Part shown: in pieces, positions 1 through 12,693 of the stretch
Layout of the letters: each line of letters starts with the position of its first letter
How positions within the stretch are numbered: the stretch's first letter is position 1
Position numbers and translations under genes: made by a program
The notes under the pieces: model-generated
Databases searched by the model: none
Told to the model about the DNA's origin: nothing
Seen by the model: only the letters and a program-made list of their open reading frames with translations
Origin: the human T2T-CHM13v2.0 reference genome, Homo sapiens
Strand: one strand, 5' to 3'
DNA: 64,000 bases
NCBI RefSeq assembly: GCF_009914755.1
Contig: NC_060942.1

Positions 1-700
1 GGACTGTTTTTAATGGACTTTCAATTTGGTCTAGCAAGTGGACTGTAGATAATTGGACAATAAAGATACCCCTGTCTCAGATATTGCTCTTTCTATAATT
101 CTGAGTGCAAATCAAAGTAAATCATACTGTTGTTCATCAAAGAACTTCTAGTTTCTCAAGGTGATTGGAATCAACAAGTTGATGCTTTAGTTCAATCTCT
201 TGAAGTGGCAATATGGGTCTATGAAATGAGTGGACATTCTGGAGGTCAAGCCATGCAATGATGGGCTGACTGGCAATGTATACTACTGGACTCTGCTGAA
301 GCTCAAATTTCTTATAAAAATAGATTATTCTGCTTGCCAGCAGGAGAGGCAACATTTGAAGTCATTTCTGAGAAGTAATCCCAGGGAAGAAAGTCTAACA
401 TATAACAGGGAAGTAGATTATATTGCCTCATTTCCTGTTCATTCAAGGGTATTTGAATAGAATATACAAGCATAATAGATATTCTTGATTTGGCTTTGCA
501 TTTCGATATCTGAATTCATGGCTGCTAATACTACCCAAAGATTGAACAACAGAAACAAAATTATGGCATGAGTTTTGTCCTCCTAGTTAAATTCCTCATG
601 TCAAGGTGAAGCTTTCAGACTGTGCACCAAGATTATGTTGCAACTGTGCTCTTGCATTATCTCCTCAGCTTTAGGCACAGCTGGCTGTGACCTGAAGCAG
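1..700 (+). mobile_element. Decayed class III (ERV-L-type) endogenous retrovirus pol fragment: RNase H end plus integrase N-terminus/core
   Basis: Manual translation across frameshifts gives WTVFNGLSIWSSKWTVDNWTIK (RNase H, cf. WAVANGLA.W), GDWNQQVDAL, WVYEMSGHSGG (HHCC zinc-finger His region), CQQERQ and REVDYIASFP (cf. WQVDYIGPLP). Runs off the left edge; right boundary approximate. Confidence 0.75.
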
Positions 701-1264
701 GCAGAATGCTGTAGTCTATTGCTGCTTGCCTTAAGCAGCCTCATGATTTACATCAATGTGCCCTAAAAAATTATAACTTTTTCTGGGTGTTATCCTGCTC
801 GAGATGTTGAGAAACACCAGGATACACAATAAGGATCAATAATATTCATCAAACATTGTTAAGAGTAAGACAAAAAAAATAGAAGAATTTCCTTTAATAT
901 CTGGAATTGGATGAGAAGTTCAATATTACCACACCTATTAAATATTGTACTGAAAATCCTAGCTTGTGTAGTAAAAGAAAAAAGAGAAAGGGGTAGTGTA
1001 AGGATGGGAAAGGAAAGCAAAATTGTTATTAATCATGGATAAGGCACCATATATTGATTTTTTTTTAAAAAAGTTCATGTATTCTGCGGGAGTAAATTTA
1101 AAAAAAAAGTTCATGCAAATTATAAGCATTAGTAAAGGTTTACCAAAGTAGCTAGGTTTATGGTCATTATGCAATAATACATTGTGTTACTTTAAAATAG
1201 CAATCAAGAGAAAACATGCATTTAAAAAATCATTAATGTTAGTAATAAAATGCTGCATTATAAT

Positions 1265-2240
1265 TAATCTAAAGATGTGGCAGCTATATGAAGAAAATTA
1301 TGACACTTTTTAAAGAAATTAAACAAGATGCCAATAAATGGAGAGATAAAGCACTGCAGTGGATAGATAACATCACAAGATACCCGTTATCCCCAAGATT
1401 ATCTATCGATTCAATGAAATTTCAATGACAATTTTAAGAAGTCTTTTTCAGGGACCTTGATATGTTGATAAAAATTTATAGAGAAGAGCAAAAGTCCAAG
1501 TATATCCAAGAAACTAAGATGGAAGAGCTTATTCTGCTAGATATCAAGATTTTACTGAGGGCAATGTAGTGTTGACACAGGGATAGACCAACTGACCAGT
1601 GGAATACAATAGCTCAGAAACGAATTCAGGCATTAATGGAAACTTGACGCATGACTTGATATATCACGTTGGAGAAAACTGGAGAAAAGCTTATAATGTA
1701 CTCAGACAATTTTAATCCCCATAAAGACAAAACAATTAATTTGGGTCCAAACCCTACACAATTGACAAAAAGCAGTTCCAGCAAGAAAAAAGACAAATGA
1801 GCAAGCAAAACATGAAAGTCTTGATAAGAATATATAGAACATCTTTGATACTTAGTGGTAGAAGAGGATTTCCTGAATACAAATGTTGCAAGTCAAAGGG
1901 AAAAGATTGGTTTATTAATTGAAAGACACCATGAAGAAAGTGAAGTGAAAAGACAAGCAACAGAATTGGAATTGTTATGTGCAACTAAGTAACTACTATA
2001 AAAAGTTAATAAAACATAAGAAAAATACAAAGCACCTAACAGTGGGCAAAACATATTGACAGACATTTTATAGAAGAGGAAATGTAAACATCAAATAATA
2101 TTCAAAGATGCTCTACTTCATTAAAATGTAATAAATTCAAAATAAGACCTCATTGACGTACCATTGACTTTCATTTTGTGTGTGGTTGTAGAACAATGGG
2201 AATCCTTAATGCACTGTTCATGTGAGTAGAATTTATATTT
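1265..2240 (+). mobile_element. Old L1M (L1ME-like) ORF2 3' fragment
   Basis: Degenerate matches to late L1 ORF2 (aataaatggagagata, gatatcaagat, gacagacattttatagaagaggaa); boundaries approximate. Confidence 0.7.
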
Positions 2241-3057
2241 ATAAATACAGTAAACTTAAGTTTAACTTAGTTGTTTTAATACTAAATATAAAATGTGATA
2301 TTTTATCTAAATGAATTCCATTATTACGTACTTCAGATTAGATTTCAGATCATCATTACAATAGGTCAGATTCTCTTATCCATTAAAAATATAAAAATAC
2401 AAAAAATTTAGTGCCGTGTTTTCTTTCTCTTAAAAAATTCTATATTTACTTCTAAGTATCCCTAGGGTTCAAAGGTACTAACCCAATTATGAAAGTCAAT
2501 TAATATTACATTTAATTAGGTTATTCATTTTTATAGACTTAGTCCAAGAGGATCACTTAGATACTTTTCCAGGACTCCGAAGAAATATTTTGGACCTTAT
2601 TTGTAGTTATTATGCCATTTTTTCATAATTTCAACAGTGTGACCCACTCATGTAATACTTCTGTCTGCTGATAGATAGATGCAGCTTACTCAAGATAAGC
2701 AATTGACTAGAACACTTATGATCTGTTATCATCTTTTCCCTGAATTTTAAAAATGTTAAACATTAATGTAATCTCACACTCGTTCATATACTTAAAGTAG
2801 GCAAATCCTACTGATTTAAAAAGTAATAGTAGATTGGTTATGGATGTCTCATATATCTTCATCTGACTGAATGTCACACTTAAGAAGTCAATCCCTTGAG
2901 TCAGAAAATGTCTTCTACATGATGTATTTAATACTGAACTGTATTCCGCATCCTGTATCAATATAAGAAAGGTATCAACAGTATCAAAAGGACTGAGTAA
3001 TAAGATTTCAGCAGAAATATTCTGATATCTTGATCTTCTTTGGCACATTTAAATTAA

Positions 3058-3396
<339 letters not shown>

Positions 3397-3720
3397 ATAG
3401 ATTTAATGTATTTGAGTTAACCATAAGTATTTTTCTATTTTCGATGCTGAGATGATCACAAACCCCTATAATCTAGTTCCTGTGTCCTTTTGATCTGATT
3501 CCATTAACCCTTGAATGAAACTTTGGCTTATATGAAAACTTGCACACTCTCTTATCCTTTCCTTCCCCCGACTTGGAATCCGTGATCCTTCCAAAATACC
3601 CTGGCTTCTTTTCATGGAAAATTGATTTTTGAGGAACTATAATCTGGACTCTACATTTGCATATTAGGTTGGTCCCATCTGAGGTTCCATTGCCTCAAGG
3701 TCATTTTAGTGGCCAGAGGG

Positions 3721-3840
3721 ATAAACAATTTTATATATGTATGTATACATATATAATATAATATAAACAATTTTGTATATGTATGTATACATATATGATA
3801 TAAACAATTTTGTCTATGTGTGTATATAATATAATATATG
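3721..3840. repeat. Imperfect ~40-bp AT-rich tandem repeat, 3 copies
   Basis: Unit begins ataaacaatttt at 3721, 3763 and 3800, each followed by TA/TG-rich sequence. Confidence 0.8.
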
Positions 3841-4059
3841 TTATATGATCTCCTATACAATAATGCTCATTCAGTTATATATCAGTTGTCAAATTCATTT
3901 GGAGCAAAACTCTTCAGACAGACAATAGTCTTGAGATTTTGAAATCTCTGAACACCATTTCTACTTCAGTAAAAGTACAGAAAATTGTACGAATTAGTGC
4001 AAGCAAAGCTCTTTTTGGAGGAAATAAATCTTTATTTATTTTTATAAAACTGAACACAT

Positions 4060-4409
<350 letters not shown>

Positions 4410-4784
4410 TTAAGTTATAGCATCTGCTAAATACTGACTATTTTTCTCACATAAAAGTCCTTTCTCAGTCCTTTGGCTTTAGTACTCTAAGAGCACTCTG
4501 AGGAACTTTATTCATGTTGATATATTTTGAGTTACTCAAACATTAAAGTTCAGAAAATGGAGAAGTTAATTTCAGTAAAATACACTGCTTCAGGGGGGAA
4601 TCTTCAATCTCTTTCCTGTGGGCCAGTTTTTATGGAAGCACAGGGCTTTTCTTCTATCGCCCTGTGTATTTTAAATTATTTCTAGTATTTCTATGGTGGA
4701 TACCATAAACTGTTTGGTTAATAATAACCATAGCTTGAAGTCTTATTCCTTGAAATGTGTATCTGGCATTTCTTGAAGGCCTTC

Positions 4785-5091
4785 TTTTTTTTTTTTTCTC
4801 TCTTTTTTGGGATGGAGTGTTGCTCTGTCACCCAGGCTGGAGTGCAGTGGCGTGATCTCAGCTCATTGCAACCTCCGCCTCCCAAGTTCAAGCAATTCTC
4901 TGCCTCAGCCTCCCGAGTAGCTGGGATTACAGGCACCCACCATCATGCTCAGCTAATTTTTTTTTATTTTTAGTAGAGACGGGGTTTCACCATGTTGGCC
5001 AGGCTGGTCTTGAACTCCTGACCTCAGGCGATCTGCCTGCCTCAGCCTCCCAAAGTACTGGGATTACAGGCATGACCCACAGCGCCCGGCC
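4785..5091 (-). mobile_element. AluS (Sx/Sq-like) element
   Basis: Reverse-complement full Alu; TSD cttgaaggc(c/t)ttct on both sides. Confidence 0.95.
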
Positions 5092-5919
5092 TACTTGAAG
5101 GCTTTCTACAGAAATGTCTCATAGTGATCTTTCTTTTGTAACCCTCACCTGCCTGCAGACAACATGAATTCATCTATTTAGAGTTAAGGTTTTCCAGTTT
5201 TCTCTTAAAATTTTTAGGATACCATAGTTCCCAGATCTATGTATTAAAAAACTATGATTTTGAGTCATCCTTGCTATGCCAGTTACAAGTTTTACAGACC
5301 AGGGACCATCATGGCTAAACATCCATCGGACAAGTGTGGAGCTCCCTTCCAGATTCCTGGGCTGCGGACTTCCATAGACTGATTTAGCCTAGGGACAAAA
5401 TAAAGACATCCAATGTATAAGGAGAACTATATGAAAAAGAAAGATAGAAAAGTTGGTGGGGAAGGTTATGCTAAGGCTAGAGCGACTCAGAGAAAAAGTA
5501 GACTCAGTTAATGATCTTTATGTAAATTCGCAAGTCTTTCTGAACTAAAACAGCTCAGAAATGGAGCCAAAGCCAACCACATCAGCCCCAAGCAGTGAAG
5601 GGGATTTAATGAGGTGGGTCTGAAAGAATAGTACCAAGGACTGATGCCTTTCACACACACTCTCTTTGTCGTGGAGAATAAGACTGCTGATTCAGAATTA
5701 AAAACTACTGTTGTTTACTAACAGCCAATTAAAACATTAAAGAACAGGGGAGAAATGTCATCGCATCTTGGTTCCTTAATCTGTCAAAATTACAAATACT
5801 CTTGCTTAAGTCTCTTTGCAAATTACCTTGTGGTTGAGGAAGGAGCAAACAGGGATGAGAAGATATTTTAATACTCAACAACGGAGAGGAAAGGTAACCT
5901 TAGAGTCACAAGTTAGACA

Positions 5920-5923
<4 letters not shown>

Positions 5924-5958
<35 letters not shown>
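5924..5958. repeat. (TA)n microsatellite
   Basis: About 17 perfect TA units. Confidence 0.95.
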
Positions 5959-5961
<3 letters not shown>

Positions 5962-6316
5962 ACTTAAGCATGCTTTAAGAAGTTAGACAACTTTAGAGAT
6001 TTCTTTGAAAAGAACACTGAAAATATACATTTCATAGTGTTTTATTGCAATAAACCCTTATATCAATCAACCTCACGTGTTACGATTTGCTAATCTCTAT
6101 AGATAATTAACTTTAGATTTAGGAAATAAACTCACAGTAGCTTACTTAAATGGAGAATTTACCTAAGAGGACTTCCAAATTCCTTTATAACTTCAACGAT
6201 TAAAAATTTTTTACACTTTATTGCATGTTTGCTCTTTCCACTTTGTGATGCCTCATAAAAGCTAAGATTATTTTTATCAACCTGTAAAGACCTTTAGGTT
6301 CCTTTACTGATAAAAA

Positions 6317-6335
6317 TGGTGACATCTGCTGGAAC
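6317..6335 (-). promoter_or_regulatory. Possible CTCF motif
   Basis: Minus strand reads ttCCAGCAGATGTCACca, close to the CTCF core CCASYAGRKGGCRS. Motif match only. Confidence 0.35.
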
Positions 6336-7180
6336 TATGTAGTTCAGCATCAAAGAGTAAGGTCCGAACAACTGCCTCGACTCACATGTTGGCTGCGTTT
6401 CTGCGTTTCCAGGAGAGGTCACAGATACACTTGCAAATGGGGAAACAACAGTCTACACATTATTTAGAATGAAGATTTATCATGGACAAAGCCAAGCTCT
6501 TTAAGACAAGATTTCAAGAGCTGAAAGCTTCTAGAATAATATCTTTGCAAAGAAACCCACACTACTAAGAAGCTTAAAAAGTCAGAAAGCAGTTAGTAAT
6601 GGTTGCTATAGAAGCAACTGTAAACCTGTCCTCCGGGAGGAAGAGAAGAGAATAGTTAGCTTCCCTCAGGGAAGCAGGTTCTAGGGCTCATTAAGAGGCA
6701 CAGGTGACAGCAGATACCTAGCTCTGAAAAGACAAATAGTTAAGAAGTGCCTGTCTGTAAGTTTTTTTTATTACCAGAGGCTGCAGCGTTAGGGGTGTAG
6801 AGATTAGCCAGAAAAGCAGGGTGCAAACATATAAATTATTGTAAAATCCAGACTGTATTTTGTCATCAGCATTGCAGAATGTTTTGAATGACACAGTATG
6901 ACAACAACAAGGGATTATAGTCATCATCTGGCTTACGGAGAAATTTTATGCGTCGTGTGTATTTAAACCACAAATACCAAAGATTTTATGTGCAGTGACT
7001 CAAATGTCACAATTTTAACTCCGTTTCAGATTTGAAGCAATGCCTGCTAATTCAGCATTCTGAAAATGAGTATCCTTGTTTATTTTTTTCATATTTTTAT
7101 AAAAGTTGATATTTTTATTTTTTCTCAGGCTAGAAATACTTGATAATTTTTATTACTGTTCTCTAAATCTTATTTTCCAG

Positions 7181-7213
7181 AACTTGGCAGGATGAAGACA
7201 AAGTGTGTGAAAG
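7181..7213 (+). other. Candidate 33-nt internal micro-exon
   Basis: Acceptor ctctaaatcttattttccag| and donor AAG|GTATGA in non-repeat sequence; length is a multiple of 3. Confidence 0.35.
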
Positions 7214-7437
7214 GTATGAGTTGTTCTTTTAAATTCTCTTTTACCAACCTGCACATATTTTCTAGGAATTGAGAACTGAGTTTTTGTGGATAGTCTTTTT
7301 TAAAAAAATTATTTAGCAATTGAATTTTCAGACCACAAAATACTTTAGGGTTTCATTTGATCCACAATACCGTATCTCTTGCAGCAACTCATTTTAGTAG
7401 TATTTCCTTCATGAAAGTTTATACAGGACTTGTTTAG

Positions 7438-7804
<367 letters not shown>

Positions 7805-9097
7805 TATAGCAACATTTTAAAAGGACATTTGCTTGGGTATATAATTTTATATCCAACATTCTTTTCCTTAAATATTTAAAAATATCCCACTCCTTCCTTT
7901 GTTGCATCCATTTTTGTTGCTACATCTGATATTCTGATCCTTGCTTCTTTGCAGGTGATCTCTGACTCACTGTAAGCTTTGTAAATTTCTCTATGCCTTG
8001 CATGTTCTAAAATTTCTCTCTAGCATTTCCAGGCATAGTTTTTCTTTGCATATCCTGTTTGGCCCAAAGGCAAATCTGGCAATGAAAACCCAACTCCTCA
8101 CACACCCGTGACTCTGCTGAACTGCTTGCACTTCTTACCAGGTGTCCTCATCACACTGCTTTGCCCATATCCAGGACTCTTTAACCAGAGGTGCATTTTT
8201 TTGATAAGTGATATGTGAGATCCAGTATAAACTAACCAATTAAAAACACCTCATGTTGTAAGATCTGTGTGCTCTGTTGTTCTAACTGAATGTTTTTATC
8301 TACAAAGCATGTCTTTTGCCAATTTCTCTTCTAACGGGGTTAATTCCATCCTTAGAACCTGGCATTAGAGGGACATCATGTGGTAGTATAAGGTTATGCA
8401 GGCAGGCTTGTCAGCAGCATTCTTTGTGAATCACTTTTCTCTTGAGAGATCAACTCTTCATTCACAGAATGCACTTTTGCTAACAATTATCATATGCCAA
8501 ATATCATATCCTTTATACAAAAACAATACTTTGTCACTGTATAATGGATTAAATTATTTAGGTGGAGAGGAATTTTTAGGATTTTTTTTAAAGTTTTTGA
8601 AATAAATATAGGGAATAACAATTCTAAAGGTTGTTTTAGGATATACACTAATCAAGAGTATAAAACTACCCAGTGGATGTCACTTTTCAGAATGCCTTAA
8701 AGTCATTAACATTTGAATCCTAACCAAATTTTAAAATAAGTGTGAATGTTGCTTGCTCGTCAGAAACAGTGATGATAATCTTAAAGTCCAGGAATGGCAT
8801 CTGTGAAACACAAACATCTTTCTCCAACTTGATGGTGAATTAACGCTGAGTATGAGCTAACGTAAGAGCTTTATTATTTAAATTGTGTATTTTAATAGTA
8901 TTCTGATCAAAACCATTATTAATGTTGTTGCCTTGCACCGCGCACATCTTTATATCATTGTGTTCTAATATGAGATAAGCATATGGTTCTTATATAATTT
9001 TTTAATGTAATAGTGTTAGTTATGTTTGTGCTGTGTTTTCTTTACATGTTTTTATTTTGAAGATTTACATCAGATCCAGTTATTTATAGGCCCTTTT

Positions 9098-9317
9098 ACA
9101 TGGAGGCAGCAAGAGGAATGAGGAAGAAGCAAACTCAGAAACCTGTGATAAACCCATCAGATCTCATGAGACTTATTCCCTATCACTAGAATAGCACGGG
9201 AAAGACCGACCCCCATGATTCAATTACCTCCCCATGGGTCCCTCCCACAACAAGTGGGAATTCTGAGAGATACAATTCAGTTTGAGATTTGGGTGGGGAC
9301 ACAGCCAAACCATATCA
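9098..9317 (-). mobile_element. THE1 (MaLR) LTR fragment
   Basis: Ends gagatttgggtggggacacagccaaaccatatca, the reverse complement of the THE1 5' terminus TGATATGGTTTGGCTGTGTCCCCACCC. Confidence 0.85.
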
Positions 9318-9359
9318 ATATCTTATGTTCTTTTTTATACTAAATCTTTGAAATCTAGT

Positions 9360-9740
9360 GTGCAAACAATCGTATCTCACTTCAGGTGCTCGACAGGTGT
9401 GTGTGGCGAGTGACGATGATATCCAGTGGCACACACCTCAACTGCACAAGAGTTGGTTAAGTCTTGAGCCAAAGGGGTCAATGTTTGTACCCCCAATTCA
9501 GTTATTGGCTATACTCTGCCCTCAGAGGGTTGGGAGGAGTAGTCTCAAAGGCAAAGTGGTTCCTGTTTGTCTGAGGGTGATTTTTCTTGAGAAGGTGTTC
9601 TCTTTGAGTTTTACCAGCAGGGGGTGGGCATGGGGGTAACATGTCTGGGCACCCGAAAACAAAGTATTCTTGACAGTCCCTGGGGACGCTCATGTACACT
9701 TGTTTCTCACATTAAGTTCCTTCAGTGCACACAGGGCTTC
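9360..9740 (-). mobile_element. Putative old LTR, possibly the 3' LTR of the adjacent ERV-L-type fossil
   Basis: Lies directly downstream of the minus-strand ERV internal region and has MLT/ERVL LTR-like stretches; family not resolved. Confidence 0.35.
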
Positions 9741-9895
9741 TCCAGGATTACATTTTTTTTCTGAGAAAACTATGAGGAAGGCCAGTGGGACCAATGATAG
9801 CTCCCACTGCAGGCTTGGTCCCAACACTCTCTCATACCCAAGATCTCCCTTCTCCACCAGCGTTATAGATTCTCCTCCCCATTGACTGGCGCTTG

Positions 9896-9996
9896 TGGTG
9901 GTGGTGGTGGTGGTAGTGGCAGTGGTGTGTGTATGTGTGTGTGTCTGTGTGTGTGTGAAGGGAGGGTTGTGTGTGTGTGTATGTGAAGGGAGGGTT
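9896..9996. repeat. (GGT)n plus (TG)n compound repeat with duplicated gtgaagggagggtt
   Basis: Seen directly; lies inside the ERV fossil. Confidence 0.85.
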
Positions 9997-11436
9997 TTCT
10001 CAAACTCTCATTGCTGCAGGATCTGACTCCCTGTTTATTTTGCCCTTATTAATGGCTATGATTGGCTGTAGAGTTAAATCCACAATGCTAGTAACAAAAG
10101 ACATCCTGGTAGATCACCAGAGTGCAAGATATCTTCTGCTCTGTCTCAATTATGTAGCAGCAGCCCTGTTTCTTCATGATTACAGTTAATTGCTCCTGCT
10201 AATAGAGCAACTTCTTTCTGAGCTAGTTACTTCACTAGCACAAAGAACATAAACTGAGCAGTAATAACTTTAAGTTTAGTGCAATCCACATTGTTCCTCT
10301 TGGTGGAAGTGATTTCTTCTGGGAATCAGGAATGCTGCACCCACAGAGACTATATTTGTGCACATTGGAAGTACAAATCCCTTGAATGTGGATGGCAGTG
10401 AATGGCTACTTCCCCCTTTCTCTACCTAGACACATGTATTTTACATTTTGAGGACCATATAATGACCACTCATTTAATGTGTGTATTGCATAATAAAAGA
10501 TAGTACACCATCCCCTTGCAGGGTGTCACATTGAAGCTCGTGACTCCCTATATCTACAAAGCCTACTTTATCACAGGTCATGGTTCTTGCATGCTGTGGG
10601 AGGAGGTAGGACCGGGGTATTCCTTGGTCGTATGTCCACTGCTTCACCTCCATTGCTATAAAGTGGGTATCTGAGAATGAGTTGATCGTATGCAGGATCC
10701 TATGTGAGCAGAGTAGACATTCTTTGCTACAGAAATATGTAGCAAAGAATAAGAATAAGATGTCTTATCTAAAGATGTCTCTTTGGATAAGAGTGCTTGC
10801 TGAGATATTGCAGACAGGAAAGGCAGACTCTTACCTGGAATACGGGTCTATCCCATCCAAGATTACATATTACTTGGAAGAATGGAGGGGATCTGATATA
10901 ATCATTTCCAAATAATGTCCAATATAGACCGTCTGAGAGGTGCTCTCAGCACTGGTCCCCGATGGTGGTGTGACAGAGCTTCAGCAGCTGCTGTAGCTAA
11001 TTCACCCTTTGCCAAAAGAATCTCTTGCCGTTGGACCCATGCATCTCTGCCACGATGGCTGCTTCATCTGAGCCCATTGCATAAGCACCGGGATGACTGT
11101 GAGAATGGAGTTTGACTAACATTTATTTTTTAATTTATCTTGTCTACTTGCTTGATGAGTGTCTCTTTGGCAGTAGCTGCTTCTGTGGGCAGTAACCTGA
11201 TTTAGAAGGATCTCCACACTTTGTTCCCACTCCATGCCTCCCACGCATCTCATCTGCATGCCTCTCCCCAGACCTCTCTGAATCCAATCTACCAGGCCTG
11301 CTCTTCCTAGGCCTCTGACTGCACATTCAGCACTCCCCATGATACGCCCTTATTTTAGCCATATCTGTTTTCACACAAAGTGGATGGCCAGGCACATTGC
11401 CTGAACCTCTGGCCATTGGACTGTAGATGAGCAGCC

Positions 11437-11742
11437 TTTTGTTTTTTTTTTTTTTAGACCAGGTCTTGCTGTCACCCAGGCTGGAGTAGTACAGTGGTGC
11501 AATTTCACATCACTGCAACCTCCACCTCCCAGGATCAAGCGATTCTTGTGCCTCAGCCTCCCAAATAGGTGGGATTACAGGCATGTACCACCATGCCCAG
11601 CTAATTTCTTGTATTTTTAGTAGAGACGGGTTTTCGCTGTGTTGGCCAGGCTGGTCTCAAACTCCTGGTCTAAAGTGATCTGCCCAACTTGGCCTCCTAA
11701 AGTGCTGAGATTAACAGGCGTGAGCCACTGTGCCATTTAGCC
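11437..11742 (-). mobile_element. Older Alu (AluJb/Sz-like) inserted into the ERV pol
   Basis: Reverse-complement diverged Alu with poly-T at left; ERV pol sequence on both sides. Confidence 0.93.
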
Positions 11743-12482
11743 AGCTACCATTTGTTTTTGATATGCACCGAAATTTCTAGCAGGCTCACTGTTTCATGAA
11801 CAAAGCTTGAGCTTTTTATTCTTTTCCTTTGCTTTTACTCACCCCATCCCCTGCTGCCATGATGCCATAGGCGTGAGCTTAGGACAGATACCTGTTCACT
11901 ACTGGCAGGTGACATGAGAGTCTAGGTCAACATTTTATGCAACTTACTTGTGACCTCTGAGCCTGCCCATGTTTGATACTGGATGTGATTAGTCCATTGT
12001 ACTACAGATTATGGCAGGGTCCACCTATAACTTGGTGTTTCTGAGAGTACACAATATAGTATTTTTGTCCATGACGTCACTTGGTGACTTCATATCTCTA
12101 ATTCCACTATTACCCAGTAGTAAATCAGAGACTGTTTTACAAATGGTGTATGTAGTTATTTTTTGCAGATGACATGCCTTCTTCCAAACCTAGAGATTTA
12201 GCCACAGCCTCTTGCTGGGGCTTACCAGAAGCTCCTCCTGTCATCTGTCTCTATTAAGACACATCTGGAAATATGAGATGGCCCAGGTAGTAGGATTGCT
12301 GCTACACAGCCTGGAACAGCTGCAGAGCTTCCTTGTTGTGTGCTGCCTTCTGAAAAAGCAACTTGTGTCCCAAGATAATTGGATTATGATATCATTACTA
12401 GTATGACATATGTTGAATTAAGTGGTATTCTAAAAATAGTTAAATAGATATTGAAACACAGTCCTGTGTTATCTCTTAAGGA

Positions 12483-12693
12483 AGGATTTCTCAACCTCAG
12501 TACTATGGACATTCTGGGTCAGATAATTCTTTGTTATGGAGAAGCGTCCTGTACAGTTTAGGATGTTTACCAGCACCTTGGCTTTTACCCACTAGATTCC
12601 TGCAGCACCTGCCCCAGTTGAGACAACCAAAAATGTCTCCAAATATTGCCCAATGTCCCTTAGGGGATAATCAACCCCAGTTAAGAACCACTT
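12483..12693. mobile_element. MER20 (hAT-Charlie) DNA transposon
   Basis: ttctcaacc...gacattctgggtcagataattctttgtt...acaaccaaaaatgtctcca...gttaagaaccact, typical MER20 body and termini. Confidence 0.85.

Larger units (their letters stand above)
9740..12400 (-). mobile_element. Decayed ERV-L-type provirus internal region (RT connection, RNase H, integrase, dUTPase), interrupted by an Alu
   Basis: Minus-strand translation, colinear with HERV-L pol: WAGSEVTSKLHKML (cf. RAGPEGTSKLHEEV), [97 protein letters not shown], then dUTPase LPPRGTMWIALNLKL and LLAGAINCNHEETGLLLHN. Confidence 0.88.
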
